This document shows positions 35,208 to 45,651 of a stretch of 64,000 nt of DNA, piece after piece. Below the pieces are notes generated by a model, which saw only the letters and a list, made by a program, of their open reading frames with translations, did no database searches and was not told the origin of the DNA. The stretch comes from a virus: IMG/VR virus record IMGVR_UViG_3300045988_118736. One strand, 5' to 3'. The first letter of the stretch is position 1. Every line of letters starts with the position of its first letter. The position numbers and the translations under genes were made by a program.

Positions 35208-36592
35208 AAATAATAGATTCTATTCTGTAATACAAATGTAATTCGTATCTTAGATATATGATTCATAGACAATATTTATAGTATTAAAAATCATGAGATT
35301 AGCATACAAGTTCAACATAGGAAACAATGAAAATATATCATCTCTGTGCAAGATTAGCAATAACTTGTACAATCAGGCATTATATATTTTCAGAGAAACA
35401 CTTTCTAAAGAAGATAAGTGGTTATCCTATTTTAAACTTGATGATATCATGAAGAATACCAAGAACTTAGATGGAGACATTAATTACAGATTACTAAAGG
35501 CTCAATGTTCTCAACAAGTTCTTCGTATTCTTGATAAGAATATAAAAAGCTATTACAAATCGGTCCAAGATTACAAAAAACATCCTAATAAGTATAAGAA
35601 AAAACCAGGTCTTCCTAATTACAGGAAGAGAGGTTCTGAGTTTAATTTGTATTACACGAGTCAGAGTTGCAGAATAAAAGATGGGAAAATAATCCTATCA
35701 AAAAATCTTTCAATAGATATTCCTCAATATGAAAAGTATTCTGATTTGATTAAAGATTTTAAACAGATTAGAATAGAACCATTAGCGTGTGGATATAAGA
35801 TAGAAATCATTTATGAGGTAAAAGATACTGAAGTATCTAAAGGTAGGGAAGAAAAAGTTGCTTCTATTGATTTAGGAATAGACAATCTTGTAACATTAGT
35901 TAGTGAAGATTTTACCTATCTTTTTAGCGGTAATTTTGTTAAATCATATAATCAGAGATTTAATAAAACACTTGCTAAATTAAATAGCATAAAGGATTTA
36001 CAAAAGATAAAAGGAACAACAAAACGAATAAAGAAATTATATTATGATAGAGAACAGTACATAGAAGATGTCTTTCATAAAATCAGTAGAAAGATAGTTA
36101 ATTTACTTATCGATTCTAAGATAACAAAATTAGTTGTAGGCTATAACAAGGGATGGAAAACTGGAGTAAACATGGGAAAAAGAAACAACCAAAAGTTTAC
36201 CCAAATCCCTTTTGCGAGATTAGTAAGTTATTTAGAATATAAATGTGAATTATCTGGTATTGAAATAGTTATTCACGAAGAATCATATACTTCAAAATGT
36301 GATTCATTGGCATTTGAGAAGATAGGAAAACATGATAGCTATTTAGGAAGAAGGAAGAAACGAGGATTGTTTCAATCTTCAGTAGGAAAACTCATAAATG
36401 CTGATGTAAATGGGGCATTAAACATTATGAGAAAAGTAGTCGGTGATTCCTGTGAATCCATTCAAAGGATAATTGATAGAGGGTTATTGTTTAACCCGGT
36501 AAGGATTACGAATGTATTTTGTTAAGAAGGTGCATTCCGAAACTTATAAAGAAATGTAATAGATTTTTATTTAATTTAATATTTTTCATAAC
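35208..36592 (+). mobile_element. IS605-family TnpB-only (IS1341-like) element, ends approximate
   Basis: contains tnpB ORF; both flanks carry AATAGATT and AAATGTAAT motifs (35213-35243 and 36552-36566); no tnpA. Confidence 0.5.
35293..36525 (+). CDS. tnpB: TnpB (IS200/IS605 OrfB-family RNA-guided nuclease homolog), 410 aa
   Basis: RuvC-I IDLGIDNL, RuvC-II IHEESYTSK, RuvC-III NADVNGALNIMRK; Zn-finger cysteines largely replaced. Confidence 0.85.
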   Translation: MRLAYKFNIGNNENISSLCKISNNLYNQALYIFRETLSKEDKWLSYFKLDDIMKNTKNLDGDINYRLLKAQCSQQVLRILDKNIKSYYKSVQDYKKHPNKYKKKPGLPNYRKRGSEFNLYYTSQSCRIKDGKIILSKNLSIDIPQYEKYSDLIKDFKQIRIEPLACGYKIEIIYEVKDTEVSKGREEKVASIDLGIDNLVTLVSEDFTYLFSGNFVKSYNQRFNKTLAKLNSIKDLQKIKGTTKRIKKLYYDREQYIEDVFHKISRKIVNLLIDSKITKLVVGYNKGWKTGVNMGKRNNQKFTQIPFARLVSYLEYKCELSGIEIVIHEESYTSKCDSLAFEKIGKHDSYLGRRKKRGLFQSSVGKLINADVNGALNIMRKVVGDSCESIQRIIDRGLLFNPVRITNVFC

Positions 36593-37081
36593 ATGGAAAA
36601 GAATTTAAAACTCGTATGTCCAAAATGTGGCACCCCTCACCAGCCTCATTCTCCGCACACGATGGATGCAGATGGATTTGAAAGGTGTGAGATAAGAACT
36701 GTCATGGAAGACAGGGGGTGGTGCTACGAATGCTCTTTTTGGCAAAATATGTACGACAAACACAAAGACGATCCGGGATGGGTTAGGATAGACGGTGTAA
36801 GCTGGGTGCTTAAGCCTATGGTGGAAAACGTACCGAGCGGATGGAACAGCCTTGGATGTGGTGGAAGAAAAATGTATATCAATATCGAAGGGAAAGGCAT
36901 TGTTGTATCAAATAACTGCTGGTGTCAAGGTGATGTTTCGGATGCATTCAAGGATCTTATGCCTGATAATGCTACTTGGGCTACGAAGGAGGAATTTGAC
37001 AAAGCTCCTGTAGTAGGATATATTATAGAAGGTGTTGGTTTGGTTTTCACAGATAGGGGAGGTCATGAAGTTAATGCTTAG
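36593..37081 (+). CDS. Cys-rich hypothetical protein (162 aa)
   Basis: CPKCG...CEIR...CYEC; last plus-strand gene before terminators. Confidence 0.5.
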   Translation: MEKNLKLVCPKCGTPHQPHSPHTMDADGFERCEIRTVMEDRGWCYECSFWQNMYDKHKDDPGWVRIDGVSWVLKPMVENVPSGWNSLGCGGRKMYINIEGKGIVVSNNCWCQGDVSDAFKDLMPDNATWATKEEFDKAPVVGYIIEGVGLVFTDRGGHEVNA

Positions 37082-37087
37082 AAACTT

Positions 37088-37110
37088 AGGTAATTATATA
37101 CCTTTTTTTT
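37088..37110 (+). terminator. terminator AGGTA-ATTATA-TACCT then T8 for plus-strand block
   Basis: 5-bp stem plus T8 right after 36593..37081. Confidence 0.65.
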
Positions 37111-37156
37111 CATAACAAAAGAAACCGGTTCTCTATCATCTCTGACTGAGGACCGG
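37111..37156 (-). terminator. terminator for minus-strand giant gene (stem CCGGTTCTC / GAGGACCGG, T-rich on minus)
   Basis: 9-bp stem with one GU, 14-nt loop; convergent with 37088 terminator. Confidence 0.55.
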
Positions 37157-37294
37157 CAAGAAAACAATTTCAGAAAAAATTTAACCTACATAATCTTTCA
37201 AGTAAGAACAAAAAAACGTACAATCTACTCTTTGACGATGCTAATATAACATATTGGAATCATACAAAAACAATTCAAGTCCGATATTCTTCGT

Positions 37295-40200
37295 CTATTT
37301 ATAACTTACATCATCGTCCCCTTCCGAATCAGGAGTAGCGCCGATGAAGAACATCATTGACTTGTTGTTCGTCTGCTGCCACCAATTATAGGCGCGCGCT
37401 ACGTCTTCCGGCGTCTTGATATTATACCATTGTTTGATAAACGTCTGTTTGGCGAGTTGCCTAAATAACTTAGACTCTCCCTTGTATGTACCGGATGTTA
37501 CTTTATCAAGTGAATAATTCCTAAGATCGGTAAGATCCTTCAGTTTTCGCCCCATAACAAACGGGTCGTTAATGATATCTACCACATTAAGCTCCATAAT
37601 AAACGGCATCTGTGAAGCTATTTCGTTTATGGTTCTGAATCCTACGTAGGATCCGAATTGAGTAAGCCAACTTTCCTCGTTTTCATCATCATCACGCCAC
37701 CCGGCAAGAAGCATAGATACGGCTTGCATGATAAGGAACGTGCCGGCATAGACACTGAGACGTTTTAGATTGGTTTTCTCTACCTCATTCATATTGTCTT
37801 TATTTTCATTCCAGGCATCTATGATGTTTTTCATACCAGACTCGGAAGCCAGGCTAAATGTTTTGGCTATCATATTCTTTAACGTAATTGACAACCCTTC
37901 CTCTTCTTGCATTGTCTGGAAATTGAAGCCACGTCTTTTCCACAGACGTTGAGCCGCCAGCACCAACCATCCTCGGTGGGCGGTCATGAACCTCGCTATC
38001 CAGTTGCGTGATGCGGCAGTCCGGTTTTCTTCATTCAAAGATCCGTTACATATCTGAGACAAGCTACGAACTTGATTACGGGTTATAGCCATTTGGGTTT
38101 CAACTTCCTCGGCAGTAACACCCGATCCAGGTTTTACGACCACCTTTCCATCCACGACGTCTACCATACTCCATAAAGTACGATCTTTTAATGCATTCCA
38201 TTCTCTTTTTATAGTACTCTGTTCTTTATTGCGTTCTTTTTCCATCTTGAAATCCTGGAACGTGTAGAACCGACCTTTGTAATAACGAACATTGTCCATA
38301 GTAGCAATCATGACCTGCGGATCAAGAGGGTAGTTCAGGATTTCCATAAAAGCATACATAGGTGAACGCATTAAGGTCCTGGCCACTCTATTGTATCCGG
38401 CACCATACATACGATTTCGGATATTGAATATCCCCATTCTCTCACCTATGACATATAATTTGCTTTTCCTATCTATGTCTCCGGTTTCTGCTATACAAGA
38501 TGGAGCAAGGCGTGAAAACTCAGCCGATGCGTATTTAAGGGAATCTTTGCTTATATACTGTCCTACGGCAGATTCCATGATGAGGTTGATATGACCTGTT
38601 AAGGCGCCGGTAGCTGCCACAAACGGAGACAGTGCCAAGTTCATGACCGACATAAATCTTTCAACAGCCATCATAATTCTTGTAAGGTCTACCGTATATC
38701 CTCCGATGTTCACCGTAAGTTTTTTGGTGTTCATCCTAATGCCATAATAATGATCGTTGAAGAAGTCTCTAAACATCTGATATGCTTGAGTCGCTTCAGC
38801 TTTCTTCCCGCCTTCAAATTGCTTATTCAGTAACATCTGCTCCAGTCCCTGAGCGAGCTCTATAGACTTCTGCTTTTCGTTGTATAACGATGACTGCATC
38901 ATAAGCATCGAATAAGAGTAGCCAAAATCGTGAGATACGTCATCTTGGTTCTCTAATTCATATATGTAGTATTTAGGTATGGACCGAACCCTATCTTCCG
39001 GATCATATACCTCACCCTGGCGTGTTTTACCATACAGGGAGTCATCTACGCGGTCAAGACATAAGTCGGATACGAAGTTCCTGACCGTACTTTTAAGGCT
39101 GATACCTAACCCTTCTATACGTTCTATATCTTGTTTGGATATCTGTGGAATAGCATACAGATTAGGGCTCTGCTCTTTATATAGATCAAGGGATTGTCTT
39201 TTTATTTCCTTGAGTTTTTGAATCATATTCCATTGCTCTACGTTTTTAGTAGCGACCTCATTACCATCAGCATCATACTTAATGCCGAAGTCGTTGAAAT
39301 ACGATTCATCACGATACAGGCTCTTCTTGGGCATACGATGACCATACCCATGATCTTTTACATAATCAGGGTTACGACCGCTATTTTCGGCCTCAGATTC
39401 AGCCACCCACGCTCTTGCAGGGTCGAAAGACAGGTATGATATATCCATACCATAATCTTGTGTGGAAGTCCCATTCTGTACGTCCTTAACCATCTGCGCC
39501 ACATCTATCTCACCTCGACCTATTTTGTCGATCATAGCCGCATATCCGGTAGGCGCCATGCGTTTATAGTACGAAAAGACTTGGCTCCTGGCAAATTCAT
39601 TAACGATATCGTTCACTTCAGCTACTCCGTTATCGTGTCCAAATATGTCAGACATCTTAGCTCTAACCGCATTCCTAAAATCTCTACGATCTAGCTTTTT
39701 ATCTATTCCCAATTTTTCTGACAAGTAGTTGGTTTCAGAGACGGTAAACATATACCTGTTATCTTGAGCCATGAATAACTTATCTCTAAGAGCCTGAATC
39801 CTTTTGGCTTTTTTGGCAGTAGTATGACGCTGTGCAAACTGCCATTCAATTTCCTTAGAGTCAGCAAGAGCATTTAAATAAGACTGATTGACTTCGTTTT
39901 CAGCTTTACTGCTTTTAGTAAGGTACTTATCAATATCTTCAAGACCCACCATCTTAGCATAATCTATTAAGATAGCGTAATCGGCTTCAATAGCTTCAGA
40001 TGCAGCCCTAAAAGCATCTCTTTCAGATGAGGTAAATGTCGCTTCGTTAATCTCTCCGATATCAGCCACATCTCGGTTGTTTCCGATTATTTCCTTGATA
40101 ATGGCCTTATTTTTTTCTATATCTTTTACAATAGAATCCACGTCAGTCGCATCTCTATCACTTGTCGTAGAACTAATGATATCATGCGCCATTTTAAGAT

Positions 40201-43200
40201 ACGAAGCCTTGTTATTTGATTCGGTACGCGCCGACTGTTCCGATTCTACGTCATTCCAAAACCGATCGTTGAATGACAGGTGACCCCCCAACATAAGCGT
40301 CTTCAGCGCAGCTTCTCCTCCAGACTCGCTCTGAATCGTTCTTAATTTTTGCAAAAACGATTCTGATACGGCATTAGTGGCATTATTTGATTCTTTTCTC
40401 CAAACTTCATTTATGGCTTGTATTTCTTTGGCCATCTTAAGTTGGTCGCCGGTTTTTTCCACTCTCCTGGTTCCTACATATATGTATTCTGAAGCTGCTT
40501 CCTTACGTTGTTTACGAAGCAGTCCTTCTTCTTCGTAATTGCTGCTTTTAAAATAGGCAACCTCATCAAAATTACCACCGCTATCAATAAAAGGCTGCCT
40601 CAATATCCGTTTTTGCCGGGATAGGGCATTAAGGTATTCTTTGGTTGTTTGAGAAACCGGATACCCTAATTCTTCTTCAGCCTTTTTGTATATGGATTCC
40701 ATTCTTGTGGCATAACTTTCGCTAAATTCCAGTTCCGAATTTTCAGCATCCCACTTTTCCATCTTTTCCGTATAGATCTTTTCCTGCTCGATGGTAAAAA
40801 TATCGGTATTAACTCTATCAGACGATGGTTTGAATTTAGCGTTTTCAGTAACCGTATTTCCATCCTTGTCAACTACTTCTCTTTTAAATACATAATTACG
40901 GTTATTGTCAACCACATCATTGATTTCTTCTTCTGATATCTCTATGTTCATGGCAGCCGCAAACGCTCGCATCTGCGCCAGCTTCTTATTACGATCGTAT
41001 TTAGCCATATCAAGAGCACTACGAAGGTAATTAGAAGTTTTGCCGTCTACTTTCTGAAGCAGTTTTTCAAATTCAGATTTGTTAAAACCATGCTTTTTCG
41101 CATATGCCAGGAAATCGGATATGGCGGGCTGGGCATTCACCATCGCATTGTAATTGTCTTTGGCAATCATAGCTCCAAGAGCGTTATTGAACGGGCTGGA
41201 AGAATGCTCTAATATACCAAACCACCTACTTATCCAAGAAACATCGTGTTGAACCTTGTCAAAAAATTCTTTTACTCTCTTTACCTTATCTGCCGGCACA
41301 TGAAGTTCGTTCATTAACTTATCAAGCAACGTACTTTCATCAAGGTCTTGTACTGATTCAATATCAGACTGAATACCATTGATGTCGGCAATGACGGTAT
41401 TGATCCTATTTGTATAATCCTGCTTTTCACGTTCATCAAATTCGGTACTTCTGTTACGGATATATCCTCGAAGATCGTTCATGATCGGAAGAACCTGATT
41501 GTTGATAATATCTACGTTCTTTCGATCATTGGTATTGAAGTGAAGCTTACCGTCTTTGGTATCACCATGAAGGATGGTGTTCACCACATTACTTAAGTAT
41601 CTAACCTGAGCTTCGGCTGTGGAGATCATGCTGTTCATGGCAGCCGCCATCTCATTCTTGTCTATTTCGGTCTCTACCTTATTTATCTTATCTTCTATGG
41701 TCTTAAGCTGAGCAAGGGTCATAGACGTAGTTACAGCCCTATCAGAGCTTATCTGACGTAAGTCTCTTAATGTTTTTCTTAGTGATCTGATCTTAGACTC
41801 AAGAAACTTGTTCTTGTTCATAGAAGAAAGGGAGTATAATGTAAAGTCATTATCCTTTAACAGAGAAGTGTCAAATCCTTTATCTATGTCAGTAATGGCA
41901 AGATCACGAATGTTTTTAATAACGTTATTCAAATCTTGTCTTTGGGTTGATAAAGCTGATTTAAGCCAGCTTACGATTCCAGAGAGAAGCTGCCGGACGC
42001 GCCCCAGGAAGGAGGTGGGCTCTACCGGCGCCTGTGCTGTGCCGGTCTGCATCTCCCTGGCGAGGATCTTTCCAAGAATTTCCCTCCTAACAGCATTATC
42101 AAGCTCGGCTCCTTCATATACTTTACCGTATGTATTATAATACTGACCTGCATACTGGTTCCACTCTTCTGTGCCTTCTACATCTTGCAGAACAGCCTCA
42201 ACAGCATTCTGATCTCTGTATGCCTCTACAAGGAAGTGGGCTGTTTCTTCTACTAAATCAGATAAAGTAGCATCTTCACCAACTGCTATTACGTTATTGG
42301 CAATATCCGCCAATGCCTTAGCAGAAGGTTCGTGCCCGTATTTGGTTTGATACTTCTCTATATAATCGGTCATACCTATGACACTAACGCCCAACGTTTT
42401 CAGTATCTCGACAATAGAATTTCGTTGATCACGTTCCTGCCTGCTATAATCTGATACGATCTTAGCTTTAGTATCAGCATAAAGATCGTTGTCTTCTAAT
42501 ATGAATGAAACTACAAGCGCATCAAAATGATCGTACTTGGCGTCCAATTCATTGTATCTTCCTGACTTAAGATCGTTCTTTATCTGCTCTTTGCTAACCC
42601 TTTCCGTTCCTCCGGTGGCGAGCCTCATAGTTACCTTACTATTATCCAACGAGCTTATGGTTATCATACCTTGGTCGTTCATGGAAACATCTGAACCAAA
42701 ATGATTACGGAGCTCGGTGTAGGATAAGGCTGAATTGAAAAGTCTAATTTGTCCTGTATGACCTTCTCCTGTAAGATAATAGCTTCTTGTTTCAGGATCG
42801 AATATCTTAGATCCGGACAAAAGACCTTTCTTTATAAGGTAGTTAATTATACCACCTTTTGTTGATAAAGAAGTAGAAGCAGAAGCGGTCATGACCGGTA
42901 TAAAAGATTTGGGATTATTAAGAACATACTTTCCAGCCTTGTAAGTAATGTCTGCCACGCCATCCACGGTAGATTCTTGAACGGTGCCTGATAAGAATCC
43001 TATTCTAATATCATTTCCGCCAGAGCGAAGAGCTTCTCCGTAATCTTCAAATAATTGATTACGATCGTTTATGAAAAACAAACGAGGCTCTCCGGTCTGA
43101 TACGTTACACCCACAGGATTAGAATCTGTCTGTGGTAACTCTTCTGGGCTAAATATCTTAAGACCGTCTTTTATAACCATATAATTAACACCCTTATCCT

Positions 43201-43708
43201 GTACCATAGATACGGGAGTGAAGTCCGAAGATATAGCATCTTGTAAATACTGCCCGGCGTCTATTCCCGGTCCTTCCGGTACGGAAATACTTGACGGGAC
43301 CATAGCATCTACCAACATAATATTATCACCCAGATCTTGGCTGTAAAATCCAAAGCCCGATTCTCGGATTTCATAAGGTGCATCTGATTTTGATACAAGA
43401 ACAGGATTACTCATCTTAGAAGCCTTATCCAGCACCCTTTCTCTATAAGCTTCCGGAATAAGATCGATGTTGGATTTCACCTTATTGTAGGCCTGTTTAT
43501 TAACAGGTACTTTCTTTCTCCAGTCGCCAAAAGCCTTTAAGAACTTATTAGAAAATACGGTTTTAAAAACAGTAGTAGCCCGTTCCCTGTTCTCCATAAG
43601 AGGAATAGATGCTATTTTATCAAATAACATAGACCTGTCCCCCGATCTGGTAGAGACAGAAACAACTTTCTTTTTATTATCTCTTTTAATAATACACGTT
43701 GATACCAT
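37295..43708 (-). CDS. giant virion-associated protein (2137 aa), function unknown
   Basis: uninterrupted 6.4-kb ORF, mostly helical; no polymerase or lysozyme motif seen. Confidence 0.8.
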   Translation of the reverse strand: MVSTCIIKRDNKKKVVSVSTRSGDRSMLFDKIASIPLMENRERATTVFKTVFSNKFLKAFGDWRKKVPVNKQAYNKVKSNIDLIPEAYRERVLDKASKMSNPVLVSKSDAPYEIRESGFGFYSQDLGDNIMLVDAMVPSSISVPEGPGIDAGQYLQDAISSDFTPVSMVQDKGVNYMVIKDGLKIFSPEELPQTDSNPVGVTYQTGEPRLFFINDRNQLFEDYGEALRSGGNDIRIGFLSGTVQESTVDGVADITYKAGKYVLNNPKSFIPVMTASASTSLSTKGGIINYLIKKGLLSGSKIFDPETRSYYLTGEGHTGQIRLFNSALSYTELRNHFGSDVSMNDQGMITISSLDNSKVTMRLATGGTERVSKEQIKNDLKSGRYNELDAKYDHFDALVVSFILEDNDLYADTKAKIVSDYSRQERDQRNSIVEILKTLGVSVIGMTDYIEKYQTKYGHEPSAKALADIANNVIAVGEDATLSDLVEETAHFLVEAYRDQNAVEAVLQDVEGTEEWNQYAGQYYNTYGKVYEGAELDNAVRREILGKILAREMQTGTAQAPVEPTSFLGRVRQLLSGIVSWLKSALSTQRQDLNNVIKNIRDLAITDIDKGFDTSLLKDNDFTLYSLSSMNKNKFLESKIRSLRKTLRDLRQISSDRAVTTSMTLAQLKTIEDKINKVETEIDKNEMAAAMNSMISTAEAQVRYLSNVVNTILHGDTKDGKLHFNTNDRKNVDIINNQVLPIMNDLRGYIRNRSTEFDEREKQDYTNRINTVIADINGIQSDIESVQDLDESTLLDKLMNELHVPADKVKRVKEFFDKVQHDVSWISRWFGILEHSSSPFNNALGAMIAKDNYNAMVNAQPAISDFLAYAKKHGFNKSEFEKLLQKVDGKTSNYLRSALDMAKYDRNKKLAQMRAFAAAMNIEISEEEINDVVDNNRNYVFKREVVDKDGNTVTENAKFKPSSDRVNTDIFTIEQEKIYTEKMEKWDAENSELEFSESYATRMESIYKKAEEELGYPVSQTTKEYLNALSRQKRILRQPFIDSGGNFDEVAYFKSSNYEEEGLLRKQRKEAASEYIYVGTRRVEKTGDQLKMAKEIQAINEVWRKESNNATNAVSESFLQKLRTIQSESGGEAALKTLMLGGHLSFNDRFWNDVESEQSARTESNNKASYLKMAHDIISSTTSDRDATDVDSIVKDIEKNKAIIKEIIGNNRDVADIGEINEATFTSSERDAFRAASEAIEADYAILIDYAKMVGLEDIDKYLTKSSKAENEVNQSYLNALADSKEIEWQFAQRHTTAKKAKRIQALRDKLFMAQDNRYMFTVSETNYLSEKLGIDKKLDRRDFRNAVRAKMSDIFGHDNGVAEVNDIVNEFARSQVFSYYKRMAPTGYAAMIDKIGRGEIDVAQMVKDVQNGTSTQDYGMDISYLSFDPARAWVAESEAENSGRNPDYVKDHGYGHRMPKKSLYRDESYFNDFGIKYDADGNEVATKNVEQWNMIQKLKEIKRQSLDLYKEQSPNLYAIPQISKQDIERIEGLGISLKSTVRNFVSDLCLDRVDDSLYGKTRQGEVYDPEDRVRSIPKYYIYELENQDDVSHDFGYSYSMLMMQSSLYNEKQKSIELAQGLEQMLLNKQFEGGKKAEATQAYQMFRDFFNDHYYGIRMNTKKLTVNIGGYTVDLTRIMMAVERFMSVMNLALSPFVAATGALTGHINLIMESAVGQYISKDSLKYASAEFSRLAPSCIAETGDIDRKSKLYVIGERMGIFNIRNRMYGAGYNRVARTLMRSPMYAFMEILNYPLDPQVMIATMDNVRYYKGRFYTFQDFKMEKERNKEQSTIKREWNALKDRTLWSMVDVVDGKVVVKPGSGVTAEEVETQMAITRNQVRSLSQICNGSLNEENRTAASRNWIARFMTAHRGWLVLAAQRLWKRRGFNFQTMQEEEGLSITLKNMIAKTFSLASESGMKNIIDAWNENKDNMNEVEKTNLKRLSVYAGTFLIMQAVSMLLAGWRDDDENEESWLTQFGSYVGFRTINEIASQMPFIMELNVVDIINDPFVMGRKLKDLTDLRNYSLDKVTSGTYKGESKLFRQLAKQTFIKQWYNIKTPEDVARAYNWWQQTNNKSMMFFIGATPDSEGDDDVSYK

Positions 43709-43810
43709 GATAAAACATTTTTGTTATGAGACAAAGGTAGTTAAAAATCAAGCATATGATAAAACAAAGCCATCTAACTTCTCAGTCTGATGGCTTAAAA
43801 ATAATATGAA

Positions 43811-43841
43811 AAAAAAATTATAATCTGACGAAAAATCGTCA
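43811..43841 (-). terminator. hairpin TGACGA-AAAA-TCGTCA followed on minus strand by T9
   Basis: directly after stop of 43850..44242. Confidence 0.55.
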
Positions 43842-43849
43842 AGTTCAGC

Positions 43850-44242
43850 TTATATGTAATGCATGTACCCATCTCGGTGTATAAACCTTCCCGATTCAAA
43901 GCGCTCAATATCTTCAGGGCAAATAGAGCCCGAATCCTCTCTCCTGGCTTCAAACCAAAGCCCCGGCTTACGAATTAGGCAAGTTATGATATAATTGAAG
44001 CAATTGTGCGTAAAATGGAAAACAGATCCTACAGGGAAATACCTATCAGCTTGAAATACGATTCTTTTTCGTTTAGTATCAAACGTGATATCTCCTACTA
44101 TCTTAGCCACGTAATAGCTTCTGCCATTTAACGTTTCATCTGTTTGTGGTATCCAATAATAACCTCTTGCCATGCCACAAATATATAAAAAAAATCGGAC
44201 AAGATATATGTCCGACTTTATATTACTTTGATTCGTTTTCAA
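43850..44242 (-). CDS. hypothetical protein (130 aa)
   Basis: ORF with downstream terminator. Confidence 0.45.
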   Translation of the reverse strand: MKTNQSNIKSDIYLVRFFLYICGMARGYYWIPQTDETLNGRSYYVAKIVGDITFDTKRKRIVFQADRYFPVGSVFHFTHNCFNYIITCLIRKPGLWFEARREDSGSICPEDIERFESGRFIHRDGYMHYI

Positions 44243-44382
44243 ACCGCTTTATAATAGAAGCAATATCATCACCACAAATAAACATCATTCGACGTTCTTC
44301 TTTTGGTTTATGAGACACTGGAATGGTTTTGTTTATCTTAATCTGATTCGCCAGACCTCTACCTAAACGAATATCAACTTTT

Positions 44383-44700
44383 TTACCTTTCATGAATTAT
44401 TTGTTTAAACAGACCAATTCCATCTATTATAATATGACCGCTTTGCATACTACCATTATTAGGATTGTAAAGAAAATTGAAACCACTTTCTTTTTCCTGT
44501 CTTTCAAAAGAACTGATATCCTTTCCTCTACGGGCTCTTTCAAAAGCTTTCTTGAACAACTTACCCCTGAAGGTCTTGATGAGGATCTTGGTAGCGTTAT
44601 TGCCGGCTCTTACCATCGCTTTCCTTGCCTGGTCCTCCGAGACAAAACTACTTTGAAAAATATACGATGTTGCTGCTTGTATGTCCTGCTTGGTAATCAT
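44383..44700 (-). CDS. hypothetical basic protein (105 aa)
   Basis: consistent with minus-strand operon; overlapping plus ORF rejected. Confidence 0.45.
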   Translation of the reverse strand: MITKQDIQAATSYIFQSSFVSEDQARKAMVRAGNNATKILIKTFRGKLFKKAFERARRGKDISSFERQEKESGFNFLYNPNNGSMQSGHIIIDGIGLFKQIIHER

Positions 44701-45047
44701 ATGATAAGCATTTCTTTCAAGATACTATTGTGTATACTATATATCATTTTCATCTCATCTCTATCATATACGTCAAAAAAGGATTCACTTAAGTCCTTTG
44801 AATCTGCGCTCAATTGAATTATGCAATTACCAGTATAAACCTTAAGCTTGCAATTATCGGAATATATATCATGCATAGTTTCAAATGTCTCAATTAAATT
44901 TTCAACAAGGGCTCTGTTAAATGAAAAAGGTTCTTTACCATTACCTTCAAATGTGATATGATCTAAATTAATGTTGTCAAATACATACTCTAACTGATTG
45001 CCGTCCATCATATTATAAGTGATTGACTTTTTGATTATAAATCCCAT
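44697..45047 (-). CDS. hypothetical protein (116 aa)
   Basis: 4-nt overlap with next gene. Confidence 0.5.
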   Translation of the reverse strand: MGFIIKKSITYNMMDGNQLEYVFDNINLDHITFEGNGKEPFSFNRALVENLIETFETMHDIYSDNCKLKVYTGNCIIQLSADSKDLSESFFDVYDRDEMKMIYSIHNSILKEMLII

Positions 45048-45067
45048 ATTATTCTGTTTTTTAGTTG

Positions 45068-45373
45068 TTAATATAAATCTTCTGAATACAATTGTTCCCT
45101 AATGGCACTCCTATCTACTACCATTTCCTGATTATTGTTCCTAACAAGTTCAGACGCCTCCTCTCTTGTTAAAAACCGGTTCTTGCTTGTCAAAAATCCT
45201 TGAACACTGCGGTTTTTATGGGCTATACCGTATGCCGCAAGTTGAGATAGTATAGAGGGGTGTCTCAATCCACAGAACACGGTGCCGGATGGTATATTGG
45301 TGGGCTGATAGGGACGTTTCTTGTCGTCCTGTACCCAGATGGCCGCGCATATCACGATTTCTTTATTACACAT
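45068..45373 (-). CDS. hypothetical protein (101 aa)
   Basis: ORF. Confidence 0.45.
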   Translation of the reverse strand: MCNKEIVICAAIWVQDDKKRPYQPTNIPSGTVFCGLRHPSILSQLAAYGIAHKNRSVQGFLTSKNRFLTREEASELVRNNNQEMVVDRSAIREQLYSEDLY

Positions 45374-45375
45374 GA

Positions 45376-45651
45376 CTATAAATTTAATATTCCGTTTTTA
45401 CCAATATGTTTCTTTTCTTCTTCAGTAGGCCATTCTTTCTTGAACTTACCGTGCCACGTTCCAGGAACTACCACCACTTCGCCTCCCTTACTATATTCAA
45501 TAGCGGCACATTCAGAACAAAGAGGCTTGCCTTCATATCCCTTTAGCGACTTATCGTAAATACGATTCTTACAAGGTCTTATAAGAGCCCAGTAATATGA
45601 TGTGGCTGTATTATCTATACAGCCACACTTTGAACAAACAAACAAACTCAT
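45376..45651 (-). CDS. zinc-ribbon protein (91 aa)
   Basis: CSKCGC...CSEC. Confidence 0.5.
   Translation of the reverse strand: MSLFVCSKCGCIDNTATSYYWALIRPCKNRIYDKSLKGYEGKPLCSECAAIEYSKGGEVVVVPGTWHGKFKKEWPTEEEKKHIGKNGILNL

Noticed and set aside
44392-44817. Plus-strand ORF 44392..44817 inside the minus-strand block
   Set aside because: Overlaps minus-strand genes 44383..44700 and 44697..45047, which fit the operon. Hydrophobic low-complexity translation.
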